The translations under genes and the position numbers were made by a program. The notes below the pieces were generated by a model, which was not told where the DNA came from, did not search any database, and saw only the letters and a program-made list of their open reading frames with translations. Below are positions 1 to 8,687 of a stretch of DNA of 64,000 nucleotides, in pieces (the stretch's first letter is position 1; each line of letters opens with the position of its first letter). The stretch covers positions 871,704 to 935,703 of the forward strand of contig CAVRGW010000005.1 in assembly GCA_963720885.1 (NCBI GenBank), read 5' to 3'. Source of the DNA: an uncultured Actinomycetes bacterium (GTDB taxonomy: Bacteria; Actinomycetota; Thermoleophilia; Gaiellales; JAICJC01).

Positions 1-879
1 GGCGACCATCGAGAACGCCCGCGCGCTGGCCGAGCCGCCGGCGCCGCGCACCTGCTCGACCAGCACGGCGTCCACGCCGATCAGATCGCAGGTCGCATCG
101 ATCATCTTGCGCATCTCGGGGCCTTCGGACTCGTCGCGCAGAACGACGGCCGAGAACAGGTCGCGTGGGGCGCCGGCCCAGCCGACGATCTCGTTGTGGT
201 CGAGCTCCGGGAACGCATGGCTGAACGCGTGCATCTTGGCGTTCTCGTTGAGCTGCGTCTTCCACCGGTAGGCCACAGCGGCCATCGGCCCGCTGCCGTA
301 GATCAGCGGCACCGTCGGCGCGAGCCGCTCGCCCAGCGACCTGGCCGCCTCGAGGTCGACCTGCTCGACGCCGGCCGCAGCCTCGGCGACCACGTCATCC
401 GGCGCCAGCCCGCACGCCGCGAACGCGCCGGCCGTGGCGCCGAACAGGTAGCCGAGCGCCGCACGCGGCTGCATGCCGTCCGGCACGCGTGCGAACGGGG
501 CGCCCCACTCGGACGCCAGCTCGCCCAGCCTGCCTCCCGCTCCGACGGCGAGCAGGTCGGCATTCTGCGCGTGGGCACGCTGGGCGCAGGACAGGGTCTC
601 GGCGGTGTTGCCTGAATAGCTTACGCACACGACGAGCGTCTTCTCTCCAGCCCACCGGGGGATGCCGAAGCCGCGGACGCGGGTGATCGGCACGGGGCAC
701 AGACCCGCGATCAGGGCGCGCAGCAGCTCGCCGCCCATCGCCGAACCGCCCATGCCCGTGATCACGACCGCCTCGGGCATCGGCATCGTCTCGCCGACCG
801 CACGGCCGATGACGTCGCCCTCCCGCAGGTTGCCGGCGAGGCCGGCGATCGCCGACTGCATGGCGTCGCGATCTACCAC
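1..879 (-). CDS. bifunctional phosphoglucose/phosphomannose isomerase (SIS domain); 3' end lies beyond the window
   Basis: My translation of the minus strand is uninterrupted from GTG 879 (alternative ATG 861) to position 1: ..VVITGMGGSAMGGELLRAL..VVCVSYSGNTAETL..AYRWKTQLNENAKMHAF..ELDHNEIVGW. It is missing from the ORF track because there is no stop inside the window. Confidence 0.7.
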   Translation of the reverse strand, partial: MVDRDAMQSAIAGLAGNLREGDVIGRAVGETMPMPEAVVITGMGGSAMGGELLRALIAGLCPVPITRVRGFGIPRWAGEKTLVVCVSYSGNTAETLSCAQRAHAQNADLLAVGAGGRLGELASEWGAPFARVPDGMQPRAALGYLFGATAGAFAACGLAPDDVVAEAAAGVEQVDLEAARSLGERLAPTVPLIYGSGPMAAVAYRWKTQLNENAKMHAFSHAFPELDHNEIVGWAGAPRDLFSAVVLRDESEGPEMRKMIDATCDLIGVDAVLVEQVRGAGGSASARAFSMVA

Positions 880-1739
880 ACCGGGCCGTCCATCCCGATC
901 ACCTGCTCGGTGACCACGACCTCCGGCTCGACCCGCGCGCCCGGCAGCAGCACGCTGCGCGTCACCCTGGCGCCGGCGCCGACGATGGCGCCAGGGCCGA
1001 CAACGGAATCGCGCACCTCGGCGGCCGGGTCGATCGCTGCGCTGGGATCGATGGTGCCGTTCGGCCCCATCTCGGCGAGGTTCGCCTCGAGGTAGCTCTG
1101 TGGCGTCCCGATGTCGATCCAGGAAACGCGCTCCGACCGGCCGTAGAGTCCGTTGCCAACCAGCTCGGGAAAGACCTCGCGCTCGATCGACACGGCCACG
1201 TCGGGCGGCACCAGGTCGAGCACCTCGGGCTCCATCACGTAGGTGCCGGCGTTGATCGTGTTGACGTCCACCTCGCCCGGCTCGGGCTTCTCGATGAACG
1301 CCTCCACCTCGCCGTGCGCGGTGGTGCGCACCAGGCCGTACCGCGACGGGTCGTCCACGGGCTGCAGCGCGATCGTCGCGGTCGCCCGCCGCGAGCGGTG
1401 GAAGGCGACCAGCGCGGTCAGGTTGAGGTCGGTCAGGATGTCGCCGTTGCAGACGACGAAGGTCTCCCCCAGCTCACGTGCCGCGAACGCGATGGCGCCT
1501 CCGGTGCCCAGCGGCTGGTCCTCGACGACGTACTCCAGCGAGTCGCCGAAGTGGTCGCGGATCGCGTCGGGCTTGTACCCGCAGGCGAGGATGATGCGAG
1601 TCGCTCCGTGGTGGCGCAGATGCGCGACCTGGTGCTCCAGGAACGGGCGGTTCGCGATCGGCAGCATCGGCTTCGGCAGCCACTCGGTCAGCGGGAGCAA
1701 CCTCGTGCCCTGGCCGCCGACCAGGAGCACCGCGATCAC
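873..1739 (-). CDS. mannose-1-phosphate guanylyltransferase / NDP-sugar pyrophosphorylase
   Basis: This is the last 288 codons of ORF 873..2897: VIAVLLVGGQGTRLLPLT..KPMLP..GTGGAI, with a C-terminal hexapeptide-repeat region. GTG 1739 overlaps the ugd stop (GTGA). Confidence 0.85.
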   Translation of the reverse strand: MIAVLLVGGQGTRLLPLTEWLPKPMLPIANRPFLEHQVAHLRHHGATRIILACGYKPDAIRDHFGDSLEYVVEDQPLGTGGAIAFAARELGETFVVCNGDILTDLNLTALVAFHRSRRATATIALQPVDDPSRYGLVRTTAHGEVEAFIEKPEPGEVDVNTINAGTYVMEPEVLDLVPPDVAVSIEREVFPELVGNGLYGRSERVSWIDIGTPQSYLEANLAEMGPNGTIDPSAAIDPAAEVRDSVVGPGAIVGAGARVTRSVLLPGARVEPEVVVTEQVIGMDGPVW

Positions 1740-3574
1740 ACCGCGACCTCGGCTGCCCCCGCGCGGCCGACCGACTCGTACAGGAACCCGGCCCCGCGCG
1801 CCTGCGCCGGGTCGAGCAGGTTGCGACCGTCGACGATGAACGCGGTCGCCATCACGTCGCGCACGGCCGGCGACGCCACCGACCGGAACTCGCCCCATTC
1901 GGTGACGATCACCATCGCGTCCGCACCGGTGACCGCCTCGAGCATCGACGGCGCCAGCTCCACCCGGTCGCCGAGCACGGTTCGCGCGTTCTCCATCGCC
2001 ACCGGGTCGTAGGCGACCACGTCGGCGCCCTCGGCCAGCAGCCGCGACGCCAGCACCAGGCTGGACGCCTCGCGCATATCGTCGGTGTTCGACTTGAACG
2101 CCAGCCCGAGCAGCGCGATCCGCCGGCCGCGCAGCGGGCCGAGGTGGCGCTCGAGCTTCGAGACGACCCGCCGCTTCTGCAGCTCGTTGACCTCGATCAC
2201 GGCGGTCAGCAGCTGGAAGTGGTACCCGGAGTTGCCCGCCAGCTGCTTGAGCGCCTGCACGTCCTTGGGGAAGCAGTTGTGCACCACGATGCCGTCGCCG
2301 GTGACGAAGGTGTGGGCGTCGGGCACCTCGAGCGAGTAGACGACCTCGTCGACGTACTGGTGGCGCCGCAGCCGGCGGATCCGCGACCAGGCGACGCGCA
2401 TCTCGAGCGGGCCCTGCGGCTGCGGGGGCTGCAGCACCCCCATCAACGGGTCGACGGTCGGCACCGGCGGCGAGACGACCACCGGCAGCGGCATGCCGAC
2501 CTCGAGGTTCTCGGCCAGCACGATCTCCGGCGTGTCGCCGACCAGGGCGATGAACGGATGGTCGGTGGTGGTGCGCACGCGCGCGCCCGACTCGACCTCG
2601 ACCTCCACCAGCTCGCCGTCGTACGGCCGGCTGGTCGCGACCGACGCGGGCAGGAAGTCGGGGACGTCCGAGCCCTGCCGCCACGCCAGCACCTCGATGT
2701 CGTCCAGATCGCGCTCGAACAGATCCTCGAGGGAGACCTCCTCGGCCTCGTCCTCGTGACGCACCGTGACGTACTCGTCGCCGGGCAGGCAGCTGCCTCC
2801 GTAGCCGATGCCCGGGCGCAGGAAGTGCCCGCCGATCCGCTCGTCCAGCCCCATCGCGTGGGCGACCACGCCGACGTCGGCCCCCACCTCCTCGCACACG
2901 TTGGCGATCTCGTTGATGAACGAGATCTTGGTCGCGAGGAAGGCGTTGGATGCGTACTTGATCATCTCGGCGCTGGCCGGGTCGGTGCGGACGACCGGCG
3001 AGTCGACGTCATGGTAAAGGGCTTCGACGACGTCGCCGTCGGCGCGCTCCAGGCTACCGATCACGATCCGGTCGGGCTCCATGAAGTCGGCGATGGCGCG
3101 GCCCTCGCGGAGGAACTCCGGATTCGAGACGTAACCGACGTCCTGCAGGCCGCGCGCGGCCATGTCCGCCAGCAGCCGCTCGCCGGTGCCCACCGGCACC
3201 GTGCTCTTCATCACCAGCACCACCCGCTCGTCGAGCTGCGGGATGCCGTCGATCACGCGGTGGACGCGTGACAGGTCGGCGTCGCCGGAGTGTGTGGGCG
3301 GCGTGTCGACGCACACGAACACCACCCGCGCGCGGTCGAACACCTCGGCCATGTCGAGGGTGAACTCGAGGCGGTCGCGGTTGCGCTCGAGCAGCCGCTC
3401 GATCCCCGGCTCGTAGATCGGCACCCGCCCGTCGCGCAGCGCCCGGATCCGCTCCTCGGAGACGTCGACGCAGATCACGTGGTTGCCCAGATCGGCAAAG
3501 CAGACCGCCGTGACCAGGCCCACGTAGCCCACGCCGACGACGCCGATGGCGCTCCTGTCTGCCTGCTCGGCCAT
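1736..3574 (-). CDS. ugd: UDP-glucose 6-dehydrogenase, intein-containing (612 aa; 440 aa after removal of the insert)
   Basis: N-terminal Rossmann motif GVVGVGYVGL. The active-site motif GGSCFPKD is split as GYGGS|C..172 aa..HN|CFPKDV. The C-terminal UDPG_MGDP_dh region is present. Confidence 0.9.
   Translation of the reverse strand: MAEQADRSAIGVVGVGYVGLVTAVCFADLGNHVICVDVSEERIRALRDGRVPIYEPGIERLLERNRDRLEFTLDMAEVFDRARVVFVCVDTPPTHSGDADLSRVHRVIDGIPQLDERVVLVMKSTVPVGTGERLLADMAARGLQDVGYVSNPEFLREGRAIADFMEPDRIVIGSLERADGDVVEALYHDVDSPVVRTDPASAEMIKYASNAFLATKISFINEIANVCEEVGADVGVVAHAMGLDERIGGHFLRPGIGYGGSCLPGDEYVTVRHEDEAEEVSLEDLFERDLDDIEVLAWRQGSDVPDFLPASVATSRPYDGELVEVEVESGARVRTTTDHPFIALVGDTPEIVLAENLEVGMPLPVVVSPPVPTVDPLMGVLQPPQPQGPLEMRVAWSRIRRLRRHQYVDEVVYSLEVPDAHTFVTGDGIVVHNCFPKDVQALKQLAGNSGYHFQLLTAVIEVNELQKRRVVSKLERHLGPLRGRRIALLGLAFKSNTDDMREASSLVLASRLLAEGADVVAYDPVAMENARTVLGDRVELAPSMLEAVTGADAMVIVTEWGEFRSVASPAVRDVMATAFIVDGRNLLDPAQARGAGFLYESVGRAGAAEVAV
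2276..2791 (-). mobile_element. mini-intein (172 aa, no homing-endonuclease domain) inside ugd
   Basis: Starts CLPGDEYV (Cys1, codon tgc at 2791-2789). Has TTDHPF (block B T-x-x-H). Ends VYSLEVPDAHTFVTGDGIVVHN, followed by +1 Cys (tgc 2275-2273). A Pro-rich linker sits where an endonuclease would be. Confidence 0.85.
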
Positions 3575-5529
3575 CAGGCGGGGCGCAATGACCGGGCGAT
3601 CGCGATCATGTCGGGGTTCGACAGGTCATCGCGAAGCGTGTTCTGCACCCAGTAGGCCACGCCTCCCTGGACGATGGCGATCATGTGGATGTGCGAGCCG
3701 TTGAAGTAGAACTTGTACGAGCGGCCGTCCAGCTTGCGGATCAGGTCGGGGCTGGCCAGGATCGGCGCGTCGACGAAACGAGTCTCCTCGATGCCCCAGT
3801 AGGCACCGGCAAGGTTCGGCATGGCGAACACCGCGTACATCGAGTTCCAGCCCTTGCCCGCGGCAGCGATGTTGTACGTGCGGATCGGCATCTCGGGCGT
3901 GAAGTCGTCGAACTGCGAGCCCGTCTGCTGCACCGTCGGGTAGAGCACCGGGAAGTGCAGGCTGCGCTTCGCGGTCTCGAAGTAGCTCAGATACGCCTGT
4001 GAGTCGCGGACGATGTCGGCCGGCAGCCCGGTCGGCGTCGACTGCTTGGGCGGCGCGACCGCCGTCTTGCCGGTGAACGGCTTGCCGACGATGACAACCA
4101 GATCCGTGCCGTAAGTGAAGGCGGCCGGCACCGGCGCAGTCTGCGCATTGCCCATGATCTTGGCGACGTCGGTCGCGGCCTTCTGCTGGCCGGGATGGAA
4201 GTACACCCAGTTCTGCGAGTAGTCGAACGTCGGCGCCGGCACCTGGCTGACGTCGACCTGGTATCCGAAGCGATCGAGCGCCGCGCCGGCCTCGGCCGCC
4301 GAGCCGGTGCGGCCGTTGCCGTTGACGGACGTCAGCGAGACGCCGGCCGGTTCGACCGCCGGCCTGAACTTCGGGGTGTTCGCCGGCTTCTTGCCGGTCG
4401 GCACGGTCGGCTTGGCCAGCGACTGCGGGTGCGTGAACTGGTAGACGGCGGTGTGCATGTCCTCTGGCGTGGTCGTCACCACCGAGGCGTCGCCGATCAT
4501 CCCGGCCCCCGCCGTCAGCCGCGACGACACCACGTGCCCGCGGCTCTCGTACGCCAGCGTCGCGTAGGAGATCATCGTCTGCACGCTCGGCGGCCCGTTG
4601 CGGCCGGTCACCTGGACGCTGTCGGCGATCGTCTCGGCGATGTCCTTGTAGGTGCCGATCTCGGTCAGGTCGATGCCGTGCAGCTTCTCCGACGCCCGCG
4701 CCTGGAACGCCTGCAGGAACGTCTGCTGTCGGGCGTTGCGGTAGAAGTCGGAGTCGGTGTGGCGGTAGCGCGCGAAGCCCAGCGCGTCGGTGCCATGCAG
4801 CAGCTGGTAGCCGGGCTTGACGTCGATCTGGGCGTACTGCTCCGTGCCCGGCGTGTTCGTGTGCTGGTAGTACTGGTCGACCGGCACGTAGACGCCGCCG
4901 AACGCGTTGACCAGCCGGGTGAAGCCACTGAAGTCGACCACCATCAGGTAGTTGACGTCGACGCCGGTGACCGACTCGACCGTCTTCAGGGCGAGCTTCA
5001 CGCCGCCCGTTTCGTACGCCGCGTTGATCTTGTTCTCGCCGTAGCCGGGGATGTCGACCCACAGGTCGCGGGGCAGCGACAGCAGCGAGATGTAGTGCGT
5101 CTGCGGGTCGATCCGCACCAGCATCAGCGTGTCCGAGCGGGAGTCGTTGACGCCGTCGCCCTGCCGCTTGTCGGAGCCGATCACCAGCCCGACGGCGGCC
5201 TGATTGGCCGTCGGGATCTGGACGAGATCGCCCTGCGCGTCCTGCGTGCTCTTGTCCAGGTGGCTGATCTGGCCGACCAGACCGTGCGCCCAGTAGCCGA
5301 CGACGCCGCCGATCGCCAGCAGCAGGATCAGCAGGCTGCCGAACGTCCACAGCGCCACCCGCTTCCAGCGCACGCGTCGCTTACCTCCGCCGCGGCGGGC
5401 GTCGTACACGACCATCTCGGGTCGGGATCTGGGGGGCTTAGGCGGCGTTTCGGTCGGCACGCGGTCCTTGGTCCTCAGGAATGCGCCCGACTCACGGGCG
5501 CGTCGCAGTATAGAACGGGTCTTCGTCAC
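3574..5529 (-). CDS. LytR-CpsA-Psr (LCP) family cell-wall glycopolymer ligase with LytR_C-like region and an extra C-terminal domain
   Basis: N-terminal TM segment, then GSDKR..SRSDTLMLVRIDP..ISLLSLPRDLWVDIPGYG.NKINAAY. The stop shares one nucleotide with the ugd ATG (TGATG). Confidence 0.85.
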   Translation of the reverse strand: MTKTRSILRRARESGAFLRTKDRVPTETPPKPPRSRPEMVVYDARRGGGKRRVRWKRVALWTFGSLLILLLAIGGVVGYWAHGLVGQISHLDKSTQDAQGDLVQIPTANQAAVGLVIGSDKRQGDGVNDSRSDTLMLVRIDPQTHYISLLSLPRDLWVDIPGYGENKINAAYETGGVKLALKTVESVTGVDVNYLMVVDFSGFTRLVNAFGGVYVPVDQYYQHTNTPGTEQYAQIDVKPGYQLLHGTDALGFARYRHTDSDFYRNARQQTFLQAFQARASEKLHGIDLTEIGTYKDIAETIADSVQVTGRNGPPSVQTMISYATLAYESRGHVVSSRLTAGAGMIGDASVVTTTPEDMHTAVYQFTHPQSLAKPTVPTGKKPANTPKFRPAVEPAGVSLTSVNGNGRTGSAAEAGAALDRFGYQVDVSQVPAPTFDYSQNWVYFHPGQQKAATDVAKIMGNAQTAPVPAAFTYGTDLVVIVGKPFTGKTAVAPPKQSTPTGLPADIVRDSQAYLSYFETAKRSLHFPVLYPTVQQTGSQFDDFTPEMPIRTYNIAAAGKGWNSMYAVFAMPNLAGAYWGIEETRFVDAPILASPDLIRKLDGRSYKFYFNGSHIHMIAIVQGGVAYWVQNTLRDDLSNPDMIAIARSLRPA

Positions 5530-5544
5530 GGATTGCCGGTCTCC

Positions 5545-6648
5545 TCACCGGTTCTCAGCGGTCGCCAATCGTTGGGCGAAGGCCACGAGCGCGCTCCGGT
5601 AGCGGGCCAGCGACTCGACCTCGACGTACTCCTCCGGCCCGTGATGCCCGCCTCCGGCCGGGCCGAACTCGATGCTGGGGATGCCGCGGTCGAGGAAGAA
5701 CACCGCATCGGAGGCGCCGTCGCGGCCCACCGCGGGCGCCTCGCCGCCGCCCGCGTCGCGGACGGCTTCGCGCAGCACGCGGACATGTTCCTCGCCCGGA
5801 TCGAGCGCCGCCGGCGGCAGCTCGTAGAGCGGCGTGATGGTCATCGCGCCGAGGCCCCGCACCTGGCGCAGAACCTCGTCCGGGTCCTGGTTGGGCAGGT
5901 AGCGGATGTCGACGTCCATCCGGCAGTGGTCGGGCACTTTGTTGACCGCGTCGCCGCCCGAGATGCGGCCGATGTTGATCGACGGCCGGGCGAACAGCTC
6001 GGACTGCGCGGTCGAGAACGGCAGTTCGAGGATCCGCTGGTAGAGATCGAGGGCTCGGAGGATCGCGTTCTCGCCCAGCCACGGCGTCGAGCCGTGCGCG
6101 CCGCGGCCCTCGACGTCGATCCGCAGCACCAGCACGCCCTTCGACTGCACGCCGATCTCGAGGTCGGTCGGCTCGCCGCAGATGACGAAGTCGCCGACGT
6201 GCCCCTCCTCGGCCAGGAAGGCGGACGCCTTGCCGCCGGCCGGCTCGTCCTCCCGCTCCTCGTCGGGGACGATCAGCAACTTGACCTTGACCCCGGGGAT
6301 CGTGTCGCGGGCGTCGGCCAGGTCGGCGAGGGCGGCGAGCATGCCGGCCAGACCGCCCTTCATGTCGTAGGCGCCGCGGCCGTAGACCCGCCCGTTGACG
6401 CGCCAGGGCGAGAACTGCTCGGCGCGGCCGGGAACGACGTCGACGTGTGCATTCCAGACAACGGTGCGCGGTCCGTCTCCCACGGCGGCGACCAGCGACG
6501 GCAGCCCGCGGTCGTACTGGACATGGGAGATGGAGCGCGCCTCCAGCCAGCCCTTGAGGAACGCGAACGCCTCATGGATGCCCTCGTCGCGGGAGGTGTC
6601 GTACGAGATCAGGCGCTCGAGGAGGGCGACTTCGTCGGCGGCGGCCAC
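5545..6648 (-). CDS. M20 family metallopeptidase (ArgE/DapE/ACY1-like)
   Basis: WNAHVDVVP..GRGAYDMKGG..VPDEE..GEPT..GRGAHGS motifs. GTG start at 6648. Confidence 0.8.
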   Translation of the reverse strand: MAAADEVALLERLISYDTSRDEGIHEAFAFLKGWLEARSISHVQYDRGLPSLVAAVGDGPRTVVWNAHVDVVPGRAEQFSPWRVNGRVYGRGAYDMKGGLAGMLAALADLADARDTIPGVKVKLLIVPDEEREDEPAGGKASAFLAEEGHVGDFVICGEPTDLEIGVQSKGVLVLRIDVEGRGAHGSTPWLGENAILRALDLYQRILELPFSTAQSELFARPSINIGRISGGDAVNKVPDHCRMDVDIRYLPNQDPDEVLRQVRGLGAMTITPLYELPPAALDPGEEHVRVLREAVRDAGGGEAPAVGRDGASDAVFFLDRGIPSIEFGPAGGGHHGPEEYVEVESLARYRSALVAFAQRLATAENR

Positions 6649-6655
6649 GGCGGCG

Positions 6656-6661
6656 ATTGTA
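6656..6661 (-). promoter_or_regulatory. candidate -10 box (TACAAT) for a leaderless M20 peptidase transcript
   Basis: The minus strand reads TACAAT-cgccgcc-GTG, so the hexamer ends 7 nt before the start codon and there is no SD. Confidence 0.3.
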
Positions 6662-6675
6662 GGCTAGGAGCGGCC

Positions 6676-7863
6676 GTGTCCACGCCGTCTCTGTGGCAGA
6701 TCCAGGCTCCGTCGCGGGGCCATGACCGGCTCCGGGGCGACGTCTCGGCCGACGTCTGCATCGTCGGCGCCGGTGTCACCGGGGGTGCGTGCGCGTGGCG
6801 GCTGCTCGAGCACGGACTGCGGCCGGTGGTGCTCGACGCGCGCGAGGCGGCGGCGTCGGCGAGCGGCCGCAACGGCGGGTTCGCGGTCGGCTCGAGCGAC
6901 GCAGCGGCCGACCGGGCGCTCGCCGAGATGGCGGCGATGGCGGCCGAGCTGGGCGTGGCCGACGCTGTGCAGAGGCGGGGAAGCCTATGGCTGGGCGGTG
7001 AGAACGACGCGCACGAGCTGCAGGACGCGGTGAACGCCGCGCACGCCGACGGGCTGCCGGTCGAGGACGCGCTCGACCGCGTGCCCGCGCCGATGCGCGG
7101 CAGGTTCGCCACGGCGGCGTTCTTTCCCGGCGACGGCGAGCTGGAGCCGGCGCGCTGGGTGCGGGCGCTGGTCGATGGGGCGGCGGCCCGCGGCGCGGCG
7201 GTGCACGAGCACTCGCCGGCGACGGCGGTGGAGTCGCGCGCCGGCGGGTGGTCCGTGCGGACGCCCGGCGGGGCGGTGTCCTGCCAAGCGGTGGTCGTGG
7301 CCTGCGATGGGCTGATCCCGCGGGTGGCGTCGTGGCTCGACGGCTACATCTACCCGGTGCGCGGGCAGATGCTGGCGACGGAGCCGCTGCCGCCCGAGCG
7401 GCGGGTGCTGTGGTGCCCGACCCATTCGGGGTTCGGGTTCTGGTACTACCGGCCGACGGGCGACGGGCGGATCGCGCTGGGCGGCGGGAGGCTGGCCGAC
7501 CTCGAGGCGGAGTACACGGATGTCGAGGAGACGACGCCCGCGGTGCAGGCGGCGCTCGAGCGCTTCCTGGCGGACGACCTCGGCCTCGCCGGCGTCGCCG
7601 TCACGCACCGCTGGGCGGGCGTGATGGGCTTCTCGGCCGACCTCGTGCCGCTGGCCGGCGAGGTGCCCGGCCGGCCGGGGCTGTACGTCAGCGGCGGCTA
7701 CAGTGGCGTCGGCAACGTCAACGGCTGGCGCTGCGGGCGGCTCGTGGCCGACCTGATCGCCACCGGCGCCCACACCGACGCTGCGCGCTTCGACCCGGCG
7801 CGCTTCGGCGACGGGCCGCCGCCCGAGCCGCTCGAGAAGGCCGCCAGCCGCGAACTGCTCTGA
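6676..7863 (+). CDS. FAD-dependent oxidoreductase (DAO/glycine-oxidase-like family)
   Basis: This is the last 395 codons of ORF 4195..7863. GTG 6676 is preceded by AGGAG (6666-6670). Dinucleotide-binding motif VCIVGAGVTGGACAWRL; C-terminal GGYSGVG. Confidence 0.8.
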   Translation: MSTPSLWQIQAPSRGHDRLRGDVSADVCIVGAGVTGGACAWRLLEHGLRPVVLDAREAAASASGRNGGFAVGSSDAAADRALAEMAAMAAELGVADAVQRRGSLWLGGENDAHELQDAVNAAHADGLPVEDALDRVPAPMRGRFATAAFFPGDGELEPARWVRALVDGAAARGAAVHEHSPATAVESRAGGWSVRTPGGAVSCQAVVVACDGLIPRVASWLDGYIYPVRGQMLATEPLPPERRVLWCPTHSGFGFWYYRPTGDGRIALGGGRLADLEAEYTDVEETTPAVQAALERFLADDLGLAGVAVTHRWAGVMGFSADLVPLAGEVPGRPGLYVSGGYSGVGNVNGWRCGRLVADLIATGAHTDAARFDPARFGDGPPPEPLEKAASRELL

Positions 7864-7867
7864 GGGT

Positions 7868-7927
7868 GCGACAGGGGGTCAGGAACCGCGTCGCAGCACT
7901 GCGACGCGGTTCCTGACCCCCTGTCGC
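7868..7927. repeat. REP/REPIN-like perfect palindrome (class I), 29-bp arms
   Basis: GCGACAGGGGGTCAGGAACCGCGTCGCAG-ca-CTGCGACGCGGTTCCTGACCCCCTGTCGC. It begins 5 nt after the upstream stop. Confidence 0.9.
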
Positions 7928-7960
7928 GTATTCCTTGACCGCTCGTGACTGACACGCGGC

Positions 7961-8686
7961 ATGCCTGGACCGTACCGTCACGCGATGCCACGTCAGCCGC
8001 GGATCCAGTTCGAAGACGCTGCGTACCACGTGATGCAGCGAGGAGTCGACAAGCAGTTGATCGTCCGCGACGACCAGGACCGGCGGACGCTGATCGGGCT
8101 ACTCGCGCGGACCGTGATCGAACACCGCTGGAGCCTGACAGCGTATTGCCTGATGGACAACCATCTCCACGCGCTGATCCGAACGCGGAAGCCGAACCTT
8201 GCCGTTGGGATGAAGCTCTTTCAGCAGACATACGTGCGCCGGTTCAACGACCGGCACCGCCGCATCGGCCCGTTGTTCCAGGGCAGATACAAGGCCAAGC
8301 TCCTCACCCGAAACGAGCACCACATCGCCACCCTCCGGTACATCCCGCTGAACCCGGTCGCACACGGCGCGTGTGGCCATCCGGCGAGCTGGCGCTGGTC
8401 AAGCTACCGAGCGACGATCACGCCAGCGATCGCGCCCGACTTCTTGGATGCCGATGCGGTCGCAGAACTGTTCGACGAGGGTGTAGAGGGGTACCGGCGG
8501 TTCGTCGAACACGGCATCCCTGACGCCCTCGAGCGAGCGAGACCCCGCCTGCCTCTCGAGGTGTTACTGACCCGCACCGATGGCATCCACGCCGCCCGCA
8601 AGCACGGCTACTCGCTTCGGCAGATCGGCGAAGCCGTTGGGCTCCACCACTCGGCCATCGCCCGCATCCTTCGGCGCGGTACATAG
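7961..8686 (+). CDS. IS200-like Y1 (HUH) transposase, REP-associated tyrosine transposase (RAYT)-like, with C-terminal HTH region
   Basis: PRIQFEDAAYHVMQRG, HUH motif DNHLHALI, GPLFQGRYKAK, catalytic-Tyr region LRYIPLNPV, C-terminal YSLRQIGEAVGLHHSAIARIL. The start is more likely ATG 7985 (MPRQPRI). Visibly lower GC3 than neighbours. Confidence 0.8.
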   Translation: MPGPYRHAMPRQPRIQFEDAAYHVMQRGVDKQLIVRDDQDRRTLIGLLARTVIEHRWSLTAYCLMDNHLHALIRTRKPNLAVGMKLFQQTYVRRFNDRHRRIGPLFQGRYKAKLLTRNEHHIATLRYIPLNPVAHGACGHPASWRWSSYRATITPAIAPDFLDADAVAELFDEGVEGYRRFVEHGIPDALERARPRLPLEVLLTRTDGIHAARKHGYSLRQIGEAVGLHHSAIARILRRGT

Positions 8687-8687
8687 C

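Noticed and set aside
873-2897. 674-aa minus ORF implying a much longer guanylyltransferase
   Set aside because: The N-terminal 386 codons overlap ugd in another frame and are Arg/Gly-rich noise. The conserved GGxGTRL motif lies right after GTG 1739, which overlaps the ugd stop.
4195-6675. First 2.4 kb of the 1222-aa plus-strand ORF 4195..7863
   Set aside because: It is antisense to the LCP and M20 genes and has no recognisable motifs. Only the last 395 codons (from GTG 6676, behind AGGAG) form the FAD oxidoreductase.
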